NCBI GenBank assembly: GCA_022072055.1
Contig: JAJVIK010000007.1
Coordinates: forward strand, 513,442-577,441
DNA: 64,000 bases
DNA from: a bacterium
Lineage (GTDB): Bacteria; Hinthialibacterota; Hinthialibacteria; OLB16
Direction: 5' to 3'
The translations under genes and the position numbers were made by a program. Positions 1 to 11,200 of the stretch are shown one piece after another (positions within the stretch are counted from its first letter, which is position 1; each line of letters opens with the position of its first letter). The notes under the pieces were generated by a model. It ran no database searches. It had not been told where the DNA came from and saw nothing but the letters and a program-made list of their open reading frames with translations.

Positions 1-1
1 G

Positions 2-679
2 GCGGCCTTTCAGAATGCGCATTACACCTTTGGGCCTTACCTCTCCCCCTTTTATTCCCCCGAAATCTTCGGGGATTCGCACCACGCCCTGTTTGGACCC
101 AAGCCGGGGTGGTGGCCGGGGTGGCTGCCGTTTTCGCCGGCCTTTCTGATCCTGTGGGCCCCAGCGGGTTTCCGCTTCACCTGCTATTACTATCGCGGGG
201 CCTATTACAAGGCCTTTTGGGCCGATCCGCCCAACTGCGCGGTGGGCGAACCGCGCAAATCCTATTGGGGCGAGAACTCCTTCCCGCTCATCATGCAGAA
301 CATTCACCGATACTTCTTCTATCTCGCCTTCGCGTTCATCGTGATTCTGGCTTATGACGCTTGGAAGGGGATGTGGTTCGAGGATCCCGCCACCGGGGCC
401 ACTTCCTTTGGGATCGGGATCGGCACTCTGGTCTTGATCGTGAATGTCCTGCTCCTGGGGAGCTACACACTGGGGTGCCACTCGCTGCGGCATTTGGTTG
501 GCGGTCGGTTTGATCATCTTTCGGCGCGGCCCGGGCGCATGAAGGCTTACCACTGTGTGAGCTGCCTTAACCGCAAGCACATGCTGTGGGCTTGGTTGAG
601 CCTTTTCTGGGTCGGGTTCACCGATGTCTATGTCCGGCTCTGTTCGATGGGGATCTGGACCGATTGGAGGATTCTCTGA
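2..679 (+). CDS. sdhC: Succinate dehydrogenase/fumarate reductase cytochrome b membrane subunit, 5'-partial (continues upstream of window)
   Basis: Frame open from window start to TGA at 677-679; hydrophobic helices with conserved His (HSLRHL); stop overlaps sdhA ATG (TGATG); ORF-track 242..679 is the same frame. Confidence 0.6.
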   Translation, partial: AAFQNAHYTFGPYLSPFYSPEIFGDSHHALFGPKPGWWPGWLPFSPAFLILWAPAGFRFTCYYYRGAYYKAFWADPPNCAVGEPRKSYWGENSFPLIMQNIHRYFFYLAFAFIVILAYDAWKGMWFEDPATGATSFGIGIGTLVLIVNVLLLGSYTLGCHSLRHLVGGRFDHLSARPGRMKAYHCVSCLNRKHMLWAWLSLFWVGFTDVYVRLCSMGIWTDWRIL

Positions 680-2502
680 TGGCCATCGACTATCAGACTC
701 ACGAATATGATGTGCTGGTGGTGGGCGCGGGCGGAGCGGGGTTGCGCGCGGCGATTGAAGCGGCGAACGCCGGGGTTCGGGTGGGTGTGATCTGCAAGTC
801 GCTGCTCGGCAAAGCGCACACGGTGATGGCGGAGGGGGGAGTCGCGGCGGCCATGGCCAATGTGGACGAACGCGACAACTGGCGGGTGCACTTCTCCGAC
901 ACCATGCGCGGCGGTCAATATTTGAACAATCCGCGCATGGCGGAGCTTCACGCCAAGGAGGCTCCGGATCGAGTCCGGGAGTTGGAGGCCTGGGGCGCGG
1001 TGTTCGACCGGACCGAGGATGGACGCATCCTCCAAAGGAATTTCGGGGGTCACCGCTATCCGCGCCTGGCGCATGTGGGCGACCGCACCGGCCTGGAGAT
1101 GATCCGCGTGCTTCAGGATCACGCCGTGCACCTTGGGATGACTTTTCACATGGAGTGCACGGTGGTGGATCTCCTCAAGGATGGGGACCGGGTCGCCGGG
1201 GCATTCGCCTATGACCGCGAGCGCGGGCGATTCATGGTGCTCAAGGCCAAGGCGGTGGTGCTCGCCACCGGCGGCATCGGGCGCGGGTTCAAGATCACCA
1301 GTAACAGTTGGGAATACACCGCCGACGGGCAGGCGTTGGCTTACCGCGCCGGGGCGGAGCTGATGGACATGGAGTTTGTCCAGTTTCACCCGACCGGGAT
1401 GGTCTGGCCCCCCAGCGTGCGCGGAATTCTGGTGACCGAAGGGGTGCGCGGGGAGGGCGGAGTCCTCAAGAACAGCAAGGGGGAGCGTTTCATGTTCAAC
1501 GACATCCCCGACCTGTACAAGAACCAGACCGCCGACAACGAGGAAGAGGGTTGGCGGTATGTGCTCGGCGACCGCAACGCGCGCCGTCCGCCCGAGCTCC
1601 TGACCCGCGACCATGTGGCGCGCTGCATCATGCGCGAAATCAAGGAAGGCCGCGGCAGCCCGCATGGCGGGGTGTTTTTGGACATCGCCTGGATCAAGAG
1701 TCGGGTCTCGGGAGGCGCGGAGCACATCAAAAGGAAGCTCCCGAGCATGTATCACCAGTTCAAGGAGCTTGCCGGCATCGACATCACCGAGGAGCCGATG
1801 GAAATCGGTCCAACCACCCACTATATGATGGGCGGCATTCGGGTGGACGCGGACACCCAGATGGCCCGGGTTCCGGGCTTGTTCGCCGCCGGGGAGTGCG
1901 CCGCCGGGTTGCATGGGGCGAACCGATTGGGTGGAAACTCCCTTTCCGATTTGCTCGTGTTTGGGAAGCGCGCCGGCGAATTCGCCGCAATTTTCGCCAG
2001 GGAGCGCGGCGACGCCAAGGTTCATGAATCCCAGGTCGAGGAGGCGGCCCGGCGCGCCTTGGCCCCCTTGGAGCGTCAAGCCGCCACGGGCTCGGAGGGA
2101 CCTTTCCAGGTTCAGCAATCGCTCCAAGACACCATGCAGAGCCTGGTCGGGATTGTCCGCACCGAGGCCGAGATGGCCCATGCGGTCGAGGAGATCGGAA
2201 AGTTGCGCGAACGGGCCGCGAAAGTTGCCGCCTATGGAAACCGGGAGTACAACGCGGGCTGGCACACCGCGCTGGACCTGGAGAACCTGCTCACCATATC
2301 GGAGGCCATCGCCCGCTCCGCGCTGGACCGCAAAGAGAGCCGTGGAGCGCATTTTCGCGAGGACTATCCCAACAAGGACCCGGAATTCGGTAAACTGAAC
2401 ACAATCCTCGAACGGGGCGCGGATGGGTCCATGAAGCTCCGTCGGGAACAGCTCCCCCCAATGGCCGAGGAGCTGGCGAAGGTGATTGAGGAGATGAAGT
2501 AG
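679..2502 (+). CDS. sdhA: Succinate dehydrogenase/fumarate reductase flavoprotein subunit
   Basis: N-terminal FAD fold VLVVGAGGAGLRAA, covalent-FAD His region, HPTG and RLGGNSL motifs, length about 607 aa; start MAIDYQ at 679. Confidence 0.9.
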   Translation: MAIDYQTHEYDVLVVGAGGAGLRAAIEAANAGVRVGVICKSLLGKAHTVMAEGGVAAAMANVDERDNWRVHFSDTMRGGQYLNNPRMAELHAKEAPDRVRELEAWGAVFDRTEDGRILQRNFGGHRYPRLAHVGDRTGLEMIRVLQDHAVHLGMTFHMECTVVDLLKDGDRVAGAFAYDRERGRFMVLKAKAVVLATGGIGRGFKITSNSWEYTADGQALAYRAGAELMDMEFVQFHPTGMVWPPSVRGILVTEGVRGEGGVLKNSKGERFMFNDIPDLYKNQTADNEEEGWRYVLGDRNARRPPELLTRDHVARCIMREIKEGRGSPHGGVFLDIAWIKSRVSGGAEHIKRKLPSMYHQFKELAGIDITEEPMEIGPTTHYMMGGIRVDADTQMARVPGLFAAGECAAGLHGANRLGGNSLSDLLVFGKRAGEFAAIFARERGDAKVHESQVEEAARRALAPLERQAATGSEGPFQVQQSLQDTMQSLVGIVRTEAEMAHAVEEIGKLRERAAKVAAYGNREYNAGWHTALDLENLLTISEAIARSALDRKESRGAHFREDYPNKDPEFGKLNTILERGADGSMKLRREQLPPMAEELAKVIEEMK

Positions 2503-2504
2503 CT

Positions 2505-2717
2505 ATGGCCAGCATACTTGTTAGGACTCGCGTGGAATCGGACACGCTCAGAATCCCCGAGCTATCGTCATTCATCGGCAAGAATGTCGATGTTTATGTG
2601 ACCGAAGCTCGGGCTGAGGAAATCGATCCCGCATGGAGGAATTTTTTCGACAACGCGGCTGAGGATACGATCGACCTCAACGCCGTGATCGAACTTCGCC
2701 AGGCCAGCATGACATGA
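2505..2717 (+). CDS. Putative antitoxin (AbrB/SpoVT-like VapB candidate)
   Basis: 70-aa ORF starting 2 nt after sdhA stop, stop overlaps the downstream PIN gene start (ATGA); lower GC than flanks. Confidence 0.45.
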   Translation: MASILVRTRVESDTLRIPELSSFIGKNVDVYVTEARAEEIDPAWRNFFDNAAEDTIDLNAVIELRQASMT

Positions 2718-3109
2718 CCGTTCTCCTGGACACGAACGTTCTCGTGGACCTCTGGCGGCAACCGTTCGAGAGCGCGCTGGACCGCCTTCCCATGGGGAGA
2801 GCTGCAATTTGTGGCGTGACACGGGCTGAGCTCCTCCAAGGGGCTCGTTCCGCGACGGACAAGGAAACCATCAATCGACGGTTGCGAATGTTCATCCAGA
2901 TTCCGATCACGGAGGACTTGTGGGGTGAGCTCGGCGATATCTTGGCCTGTCTTCGTAGGCAAGGGATTTCCGTCCCATTTCCTGATGCCCTCATTTCCAC
3001 GGTGGCATTGCATGAAGGGATCGCGCTCTGGACCAACGATTCTCATTTCGGGTTGATTCAGCGGGCCTTTCCCAATTTGGATTTATACATCCCCACGAGG
3101 AGCGAATAG
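2714..3109 (+). CDS. vapC: PIN-domain ribonuclease toxin VapC
   Basis: MTVLLDTNVLVD N-terminus with acidic residues typical of PIN; 131 aa; translationally coupled to the upstream small ORF. Confidence 0.75.
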   Translation: MTVLLDTNVLVDLWRQPFESALDRLPMGRAAICGVTRAELLQGARSATDKETINRRLRMFIQIPITEDLWGELGDILACLRRQGISVPFPDALISTVALHEGIALWTNDSHFGLIQRAFPNLDLYIPTRSE

Positions 3110-3111
3110 CA

Positions 3112-3852
3112 ATGCCCCCTGTAACCTTCAACATCTGGCGCGGCGGCGCCGAAGGCGGAGAATTCAAGGAGTATCGGACCGAGGTCACCGAGGGCATGGT
3201 GGTCCTGGATGCCGTGCACCAGATTCAGGCCGAGTCCGCCAATGACCTCGCGGTGCGCTGGAACTGCAAGGCCGGAAAGTGCGGCTCCTGCTCCGCCGAG
3301 ATCAACGGCAAACCGCGCCTGATGTGCATGACCCGCATGAGCGACCTCCCGGTCAATCAGCCCGTGCGCATCGAACCGATGCAGGCCTTTCCCTCAATCA
3401 AGGACCTGGTCACGGATGTCTCCTGGAACTTCGAGGTCAAGAAACGCCTTAAGAGGTTCAAGCCGCGCAAGCCGGACGCGCCGGATGGGTCTTGGCGCTT
3501 CGCGCAGGCCGACACCGACCGGGTCCAGGAGTTCCGCAAGTGCATCGAGTGCTTTCTGTGCCAGGATGTCTGCCATGTGTTGCGCGACCACCACAAGCAC
3601 GAGGAGTTCATCGGGCCTCGCTTCTTCGTTTACTCCGCCGCGCTGGAGATGCACCCGCTGGATGAAGAGGATCGCCTGGAGGACCTCAAGCGCGCGAACG
3701 GCATCGGCTACTGCAACATCACCAAGTGTTGCACCAAGGTCTGCCCCGAGCACATCACCATCACCGACAACGCGATCATCCCGCTCAAGGAGCGCGTGGT
3801 GGACCGCTTCTATGATCCCGTGCGGATGCTGCTCCGGGTGATTGGGGGATAA
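3112..3852 (+). CDS. sdhB: Succinate dehydrogenase/fumarate reductase iron-sulfur subunit
   Basis: Cys clusters CKAGKCGSCS, CIECFLCQDVC, CTKVCPE for 2Fe-2S/4Fe-4S/3Fe-4S centres. Confidence 0.9.
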   Translation: MPPVTFNIWRGGAEGGEFKEYRTEVTEGMVVLDAVHQIQAESANDLAVRWNCKAGKCGSCSAEINGKPRLMCMTRMSDLPVNQPVRIEPMQAFPSIKDLVTDVSWNFEVKKRLKRFKPRKPDAPDGSWRFAQADTDRVQEFRKCIECFLCQDVCHVLRDHHKHEEFIGPRFFVYSAALEMHPLDEEDRLEDLKRANGIGYCNITKCCTKVCPEHITITDNAIIPLKERVVDRFYDPVRMLLRVIGG

Positions 3853-3866
3853 CGGGAAACCCGAGA

Positions 3867-4898
3867 CTATTGCGCCTTCTTGATCTTCGCAGTGGCGAAG
3901 ATCTTGCGGTGGAGGGTCACGAAGTTGGCGGCGTAGGATTTCGGGTTCACCACGATTCTCAGTTCCGGATCGGAGCTGAAGGTGGTTCCCTCGTCGCTGG
4001 TTCGCATCGAGCCTTCAATCAGCAGGAAGCGGTCATAGGGGTGTTGCGGAGACATCATCCGCTGGATGTAATCCCGCGCCGCGCTGCTGGACACCGGGAT
4101 GCTTTTGAACTGGGAGTCGCTCGCGGTGATGATCTTCTCCTGGAGCTTGGGCTTGCGCTCCTTGTATTCCTTGGAGGTGGGAAGCAGGGACTCAAAAATG
4201 CCCCCGCCCGGAAGCCCCAGGATGGCGTCCAACCCCACCTTGTCCTCTTCCCCCTTGCGCGGAGTGGCCACCAGCTCGTTCAAGGTGACGTCGAGAATCG
4301 GAATGGCCGGTCGCTCGGCGCGATCCCTGCCGCGCCCCATGTTGGGGTAGTGGCGCTCCAGCCGCGAGACCTGATAGTTGGCGAGGAAAACCTCAACTCC
4401 CAAGAATGGGTCATAAAGGTAAGCGAGATCATCCTGGGCGGTCTCCATGTACTTCTTGAATTCCGGGGTGACAATCCAGGCGTATTCGGGAACAAGCAGC
4501 TCCGCGAAGGGGATGGTGTCGATGGCCTTGGCGGCCTCGCCCGGTTGGCGACCAAGCGCGAGGATCAGGGCCTGGCGGGCCTTCTGATGCGCCCAATACC
4601 AGTAGTCGGCGTTCTCTCCGCGGTTCTCATTCATGAATTTCTTGTCGCCCTCCGGATCACGCTGGAGGATTTCGGCCTTGTTCTTGGCGATGGTCCGGAC
4701 CGACTTACGGGTCATGAGGGTCACAAAAGCGTCGTTTTCCTCCAGGATCGCGGCTTCCTGTTCGCTAAGCTCCTTGGGAACATCGGCTTGGCGGACCTTG
4801 GAAAGGGCGGCGCCCTCTTGGGGTGTCGCCATCAGGACACAGGCGAACGCGGCAAGGATCGTGGGAAAGAAGTGGGGGAGAAGTCGGTGCGCTTCCAT
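3867..4898 (-). CDS. Hypothetical secreted protein (N-terminal signal-like hydrophobic segment)
   Basis: 343-aa ORF, non-repetitive composition, hydrophobic N-terminus; no recognisable catalytic motif. Confidence 0.5.
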   Translation of the reverse strand: MEAHRLLPHFFPTILAAFACVLMATPQEGAALSKVRQADVPKELSEQEAAILEENDAFVTLMTRKSVRTIAKNKAEILQRDPEGDKKFMNENRGENADYWYWAHQKARQALILALGRQPGEAAKAIDTIPFAELLVPEYAWIVTPEFKKYMETAQDDLAYLYDPFLGVEVFLANYQVSRLERHYPNMGRGRDRAERPAIPILDVTLNELVATPRKGEEDKVGLDAILGLPGGGIFESLLPTSKEYKERKPKLQEKIITASDSQFKSIPVSSSAARDYIQRMMSPQHPYDRFLLIEGSMRTSDEGTTFSSDPELRIVVNPKSYAANFVTLHRKIFATAKIKKAQ

Positions 4899-4969
4899 CG
4901 GGGATCAGATTTCCTCCAGGCAGAGCTATGGTGCCACTCCCGAGCGTCGCTTGGCAAGGCGGTCAGCGT

Positions 4970-5335
4970 TCAGGCGCTGTCCCGGTGGACTGTGGCGGGC
5001 GAAAAGGCCGGGACACACACCGCGATGTATTCCGCCCCCTCTTCGACTGGGGTGCTGTATTGGACCCATTCCCCGGCGTGGGCGATGACCGCCTGACCCG
5101 CGCTCACATCCAGGCTGCCTTCCTTGTGGGTTACTCGAAGCAGACCCTTGAGGACCACGGTGAACTCATCAAATTCGGGCGTTTGACCGGGTTCGACCCA
5201 GCCTGCGGGGCTGCGCATGTGGGCCACGCTCGCGGCTTCGATCCGGCTGTTCACCCGGCCAATGTACTCCTCGATAATCTTGGGTTTGTTCCCGGCGGCT
5301 TCGATCCGAGTCGGGGCGGCGATCAGGGTCGGCAT
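4970..5335 (-). CDS. Cupin-domain protein
   Basis: 121 aa; small beta-barrel-like pattern with conserved His/Glu positions. Confidence 0.5.
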   Translation of the reverse strand: MPTLIAAPTRIEAAGNKPKIIEEYIGRVNSRIEAASVAHMRSPAGWVEPGQTPEFDEFTVVLKGLLRVTHKEGSLDVSAGQAVIAHAGEWVQYSTPVEEGAEYIAVCVPAFSPATVHRDSA

Positions 5336-5449
5336 GGGGGTTCTCCTTCGCGGATTCGCGGGCGGATTGTCACCCGCGTTTCTCTCCCGGATACTACCAA
5401 TCCGAGTCGCGCTTGTCGCGTCCCCATTGCTTCATCAAAGGAAGCGTCC

Positions 5450-6124
5450 ATGCCTCGCCTTTTCTTCATTTCGATTGCCTTTGTGTGCCTGTGCGCGCTT
5501 TGCGGTTCGGGAAGGGCCGAGGCCCCCGACGGCGTCGAGTGGCCGGTGGTGTTCAAGGAGGATTTCTCCGCTCCCACCTCGGTGGAGCGTTGGGAATTCG
5601 CCGATCCTTCCGCCTGGAGGCTCGCGAGCGGGGAGGGTTTTCCGTTTCTCTCCACCTTCAAGGACAGCGCCCACAAGCCTCCGGTTCGCTCCCCCGAGAA
5701 CATTGCCTGGATCAAAGACCTCGAGGTGGGGAGTTTTGTGTTGGATGCCACCGCGCGGTCCACGGAGCGGGAGTATGGCCACCGGGATGTTTGCGTGCTA
5801 TTCGGAAGGCAGGACCCCGCTCACTTCTATTATGTCCATCTGGCCACCAAGGCCGATGAGCACGCGCACTCCATCTTTCTGGTGAATGGCGAGCCGCGCG
5901 TGTCCATCGCCCAAGCTCGGACGGATGGGGTTGCCTGGAACGAGAGCTGGCATCACATCCGGGTTGTGCGCAATGTTCAAGCGGGGGATATCGTGGTGTT
6001 TTTCGACAATATGGACACCCCGATCATGCGCGCGGTGGACACCCACTTCGCCAAGGGGCGCGTGGGCTTCGGCTCCTTCGACGACACGGTCGATCTGCGG
6101 GAGATCGTGATCCGTGGGGAGTAG
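5450..6124 (+). CDS. DUF1080 (3-keto-disaccharide hydrolase-like) secreted protein
   Basis: ATG at 5450 followed by signal peptide MPRLFFISIAFVCLCALCG; DUF1080-like C-terminal motif GRVGFGSFDDTVDLREIVIRG; long upstream extension in the ORF track rejected. Confidence 0.7.
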   Translation: MPRLFFISIAFVCLCALCGSGRAEAPDGVEWPVVFKEDFSAPTSVERWEFADPSAWRLASGEGFPFLSTFKDSAHKPPVRSPENIAWIKDLEVGSFVLDATARSTEREYGHRDVCVLFGRQDPAHFYYVHLATKADEHAHSIFLVNGEPRVSIAQARTDGVAWNESWHHIRVVRNVQAGDIVVFFDNMDTPIMRAVDTHFAKGRVGFGSFDDTVDLREIVIRGE

Positions 6125-6166
6125 GGCGCGTTTCGTTCAGCCTATTGCGCAAGCGCGAGGTGAGAC

Positions 6167-6961
6167 TTACAACTCCTCGAAGGTTTTCACGGTCACCTCG
6201 GCAATCTTCACTCGGTGAGTCCCGGCGCCAAGACCATGTGCGATGAGGATGAGTTCCAGACTGTTCATCTGCGTCCGCGTCCAAGCTCCCCCATACTCAC
6301 CGGCCCACTCGCCATACTCAAAAGTTAAAACCTGGGGACTTGTCAGTGGCGGAAAAGTCAGAGGGAGCGCAACGAAATAGGGTTCAGCGAAGGCCTGTCC
6401 CGCAATTCTCACGTTGACTTCGAGATCATCAATACTGCCATCGCGTTCAGCGACTAGTCGGACTTCGAGCTTCTTGATTCCCCAATCCTGATTTGGATTA
6501 TCGAAACCATAGATCTGAGGAACATCATTGTCCTCAGAACTCACACGCGCCTCAATATAGGTGCCAAGGCTATTGTCTCTCAGAAGGGCGTGGTCACTAA
6601 CATGCCATTCCTGTGTAACGCTGGCATTTGGACTGAGGGGATAGTTTGCGGCAGTCGTCGTAGAAATCGAATTCTGACTTTGATGGGTATTAAGATCACT
6701 CATCAGCTCCACGACTTTTATCCAATACTGGGTGTTCTCATTCAGTCCGGAAACAGTGCATGAGCCAGTCGTCTGACCTTGTACATACAGGGCATCAGCC
6801 CCTGGTTCCCATGGCCCGCTCGCGGAAGTTTGTGAGATGTAAACTGTCGCGCTTAGTGGGGAGATGCCCCCGGCTGGAGGTGTCCAATCCCACTGCACGG
6901 TCAGCGTGCCTGGCGTACGTTTCGTCACGGCCTCATTCGATAGCCATACACCCATTGTCAT
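6167..6961 (-). CDS. Hypothetical protein with fibronectin type III-like N-terminal region; lower-GC orphan gene
   Basis: 264-aa ORF; FN3-like pattern (TVQWDW...GLNENTQYWIKVV); visibly lower GC than the flanking atp genes. Confidence 0.5.
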   Translation of the reverse strand: MTMGVWLSNEAVTKRTPGTLTVQWDWTPPAGGISPLSATVYISQTSASGPWEPGADALYVQGQTTGSCTVSGLNENTQYWIKVVELMSDLNTHQSQNSISTTTAANYPLSPNASVTQEWHVSDHALLRDNSLGTYIEARVSSEDNDVPQIYGFDNPNQDWGIKKLEVRLVAERDGSIDDLEVNVRIAGQAFAEPYFVALPLTFPPLTSPQVLTFEYGEWAGEYGGAWTRTQMNSLELILIAHGLGAGTHRVKIAEVTVKTFEEL

Positions 6962-7084
6962 ACCCAGAGCTTCTCCTTCTCATTCCATAGCTGTGACGGA
7001 AAGTTCTTCCGTTGCCACGGAATTGTCAAGGGAAAAATTTGCCGTTACCCACTGCAATGAGGAAAGTCGGTGGAGCTGTCCGCC

Positions 7085-10124
<3,040 letters not shown>

Positions 10125-10140
10125 GATTGTGTTCGTGCTC

Positions 10141-10719
10141 CTACGAATTGGAGGTCGCGGCCAAGGCCCCGGCGGGGTCCGTCAGGGTCTCGCGCAACCG
10201 CTCCAGTTTGGTCTTGACGCTCGCGTCCAGGATGGAGTTCCCCATGCGAATCCGCACGCCCCCGATGATCGAGGGATCGAGAGTGAACTCCAGTTCGGGC
10301 TTCTTTCCGGTGATCTTGGCGACCACCTCGGCGATCTTTGCCTTGGCCGCTTCGTCCGCCGGCGCGGGCACGGTCACCTCGGCCTGAATCACTCCCGCCT
10401 CTCGTCGCCCGAGCTCATCGAAGGCCGCCACCATCTGCTCCAGGTGGGCGATGCGGCGTTTGCGGATCACCAGGCGCAGGAAGTTGTGGGTTATTTCGGA
10501 GAGGCCGAGCTTGGCGCGGAGGTCGCCGAGGAGTTCCAGACGGGTCTTGTTGTCATAGGCCGGGTCGAGCATGACCTCGCGCAGACGGCTCCCCTCGCCA
10601 AAGAGATCGAGAAAGGTGTGCAGATCGCGGGCAACCACCGGGAGTTGGTCGGTGCCGCGAACCACCCGCAGGAGCCCATCCGCGTAACGTTGCGCCAAGA
10701 CACTGGTGTAGGCCATCAA
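10141..10719 (-). CDS. atpH: F1 ATP synthase delta (OSCP) subunit
   Basis: 192-aa ORF immediately upstream of atpA with OSCP-like C-terminus ([18 protein letters not shown]). Confidence 0.8.
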   Translation of the reverse strand: MMAYTSVLAQRYADGLLRVVRGTDQLPVVARDLHTFLDLFGEGSRLREVMLDPAYDNKTRLELLGDLRAKLGLSEITHNFLRLVIRKRRIAHLEQMVAAFDELGRREAGVIQAEVTVPAPADEAAKAKIAEVVAKITGKKPELEFTLDPSIIGGVRIRMGNSILDASVKTKLERLRETLTDPAGALAATSNS

Positions 10720-10728
10720 TCTCTTCCG

Positions 10729-11022
10729 TTATTCCGAGGCGTTTTTCAAACACACGGATTCATTTTTGTATCGCAGCCCGATCAGCAGCAGGGAGAGCAG
10801 GTGTCCCGCCGCGAAGGCAACCACCGCCGAGTCCATCCGAATTCCCGGGATCAGCGCGCCCGCCGCAAGCAAGGCCCCCACGGCGAGGATTCGGATGAGC
10901 GAATCCAGGCGGAGTCTTGTGGAACCTCCCACGGTTCCGCGCTCGCGCGCTCCCAAGGCCCGCACAAGCAGGCCCGTGTGCAGGGCCGCCGCAACAAGCC
11001 CCCACAGCGCGCCCACGAGCAT
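10729..11022 (-). CDS. Small membrane protein (three hydrophobic segments; possibly AtpI/AtpZ-like)
   Basis: About 97 aa from internal Met MLVGALWG; sits where an Fo b-subunit gene would be expected but lacks the b-subunit coiled coil. Confidence 0.35.
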   Translation of the reverse strand: MLVGALWGLVAAALHTGLLVRALGARERGTVGGSTRLRLDSLIRILAVGALLAAGALIPGIRMDSAVVAFAAGHLLSLLLIGLRYKNESVCLKNASE

Positions 11023-11200
11023 TGAGAGAAACACCGAAACCCTCTTGCTGTATCGTCCGGGTTGCCAGTGGGCAAAGAGAAGCGACCGACCACCGGAAGG
11101 AATCGGGCCAAGCGCCGAAGGGGAGCGGAAAACCTCCCTCCGGCTGCACCGGGCGGATTGTGCGGTCCCCGGCGTTCCTGTCAAGTCCCCAGGAGGGGAC

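Noticed and set aside
109-357. 82-aa ORF at the window start
   Set aside because: It is out of frame with, and fully inside, the sdhC-like reading frame that shows membrane-protein features.
628-2352. 574-aa antisense ORF opposite sdhA, and similar long antisense ORFs (3870..5096, 8709..10217, 11468..12787, 14628..15557, 22126..23277, 23496..24983, 26295..27875, 28779..30857, 32642..33658, 35427..36632, 38741..39745, 44898..45638, 56525..57247, 58412..59539, 61197..62408, 62057..63913)
   Set aside because: They lie opposite genes with clear family signatures; their translations are Arg/Gly/Pro-rich and low-complexity, as expected for spurious open frames in high-GC DNA.
4823-6124. Long 433-aa version of the DUF1080 ORF
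   Set aside because: The upstream 200-plus codons overlap the cupin gene on the other strand and lack protein-like composition; an ATG at 5450 followed by a signal peptide is the credible start.
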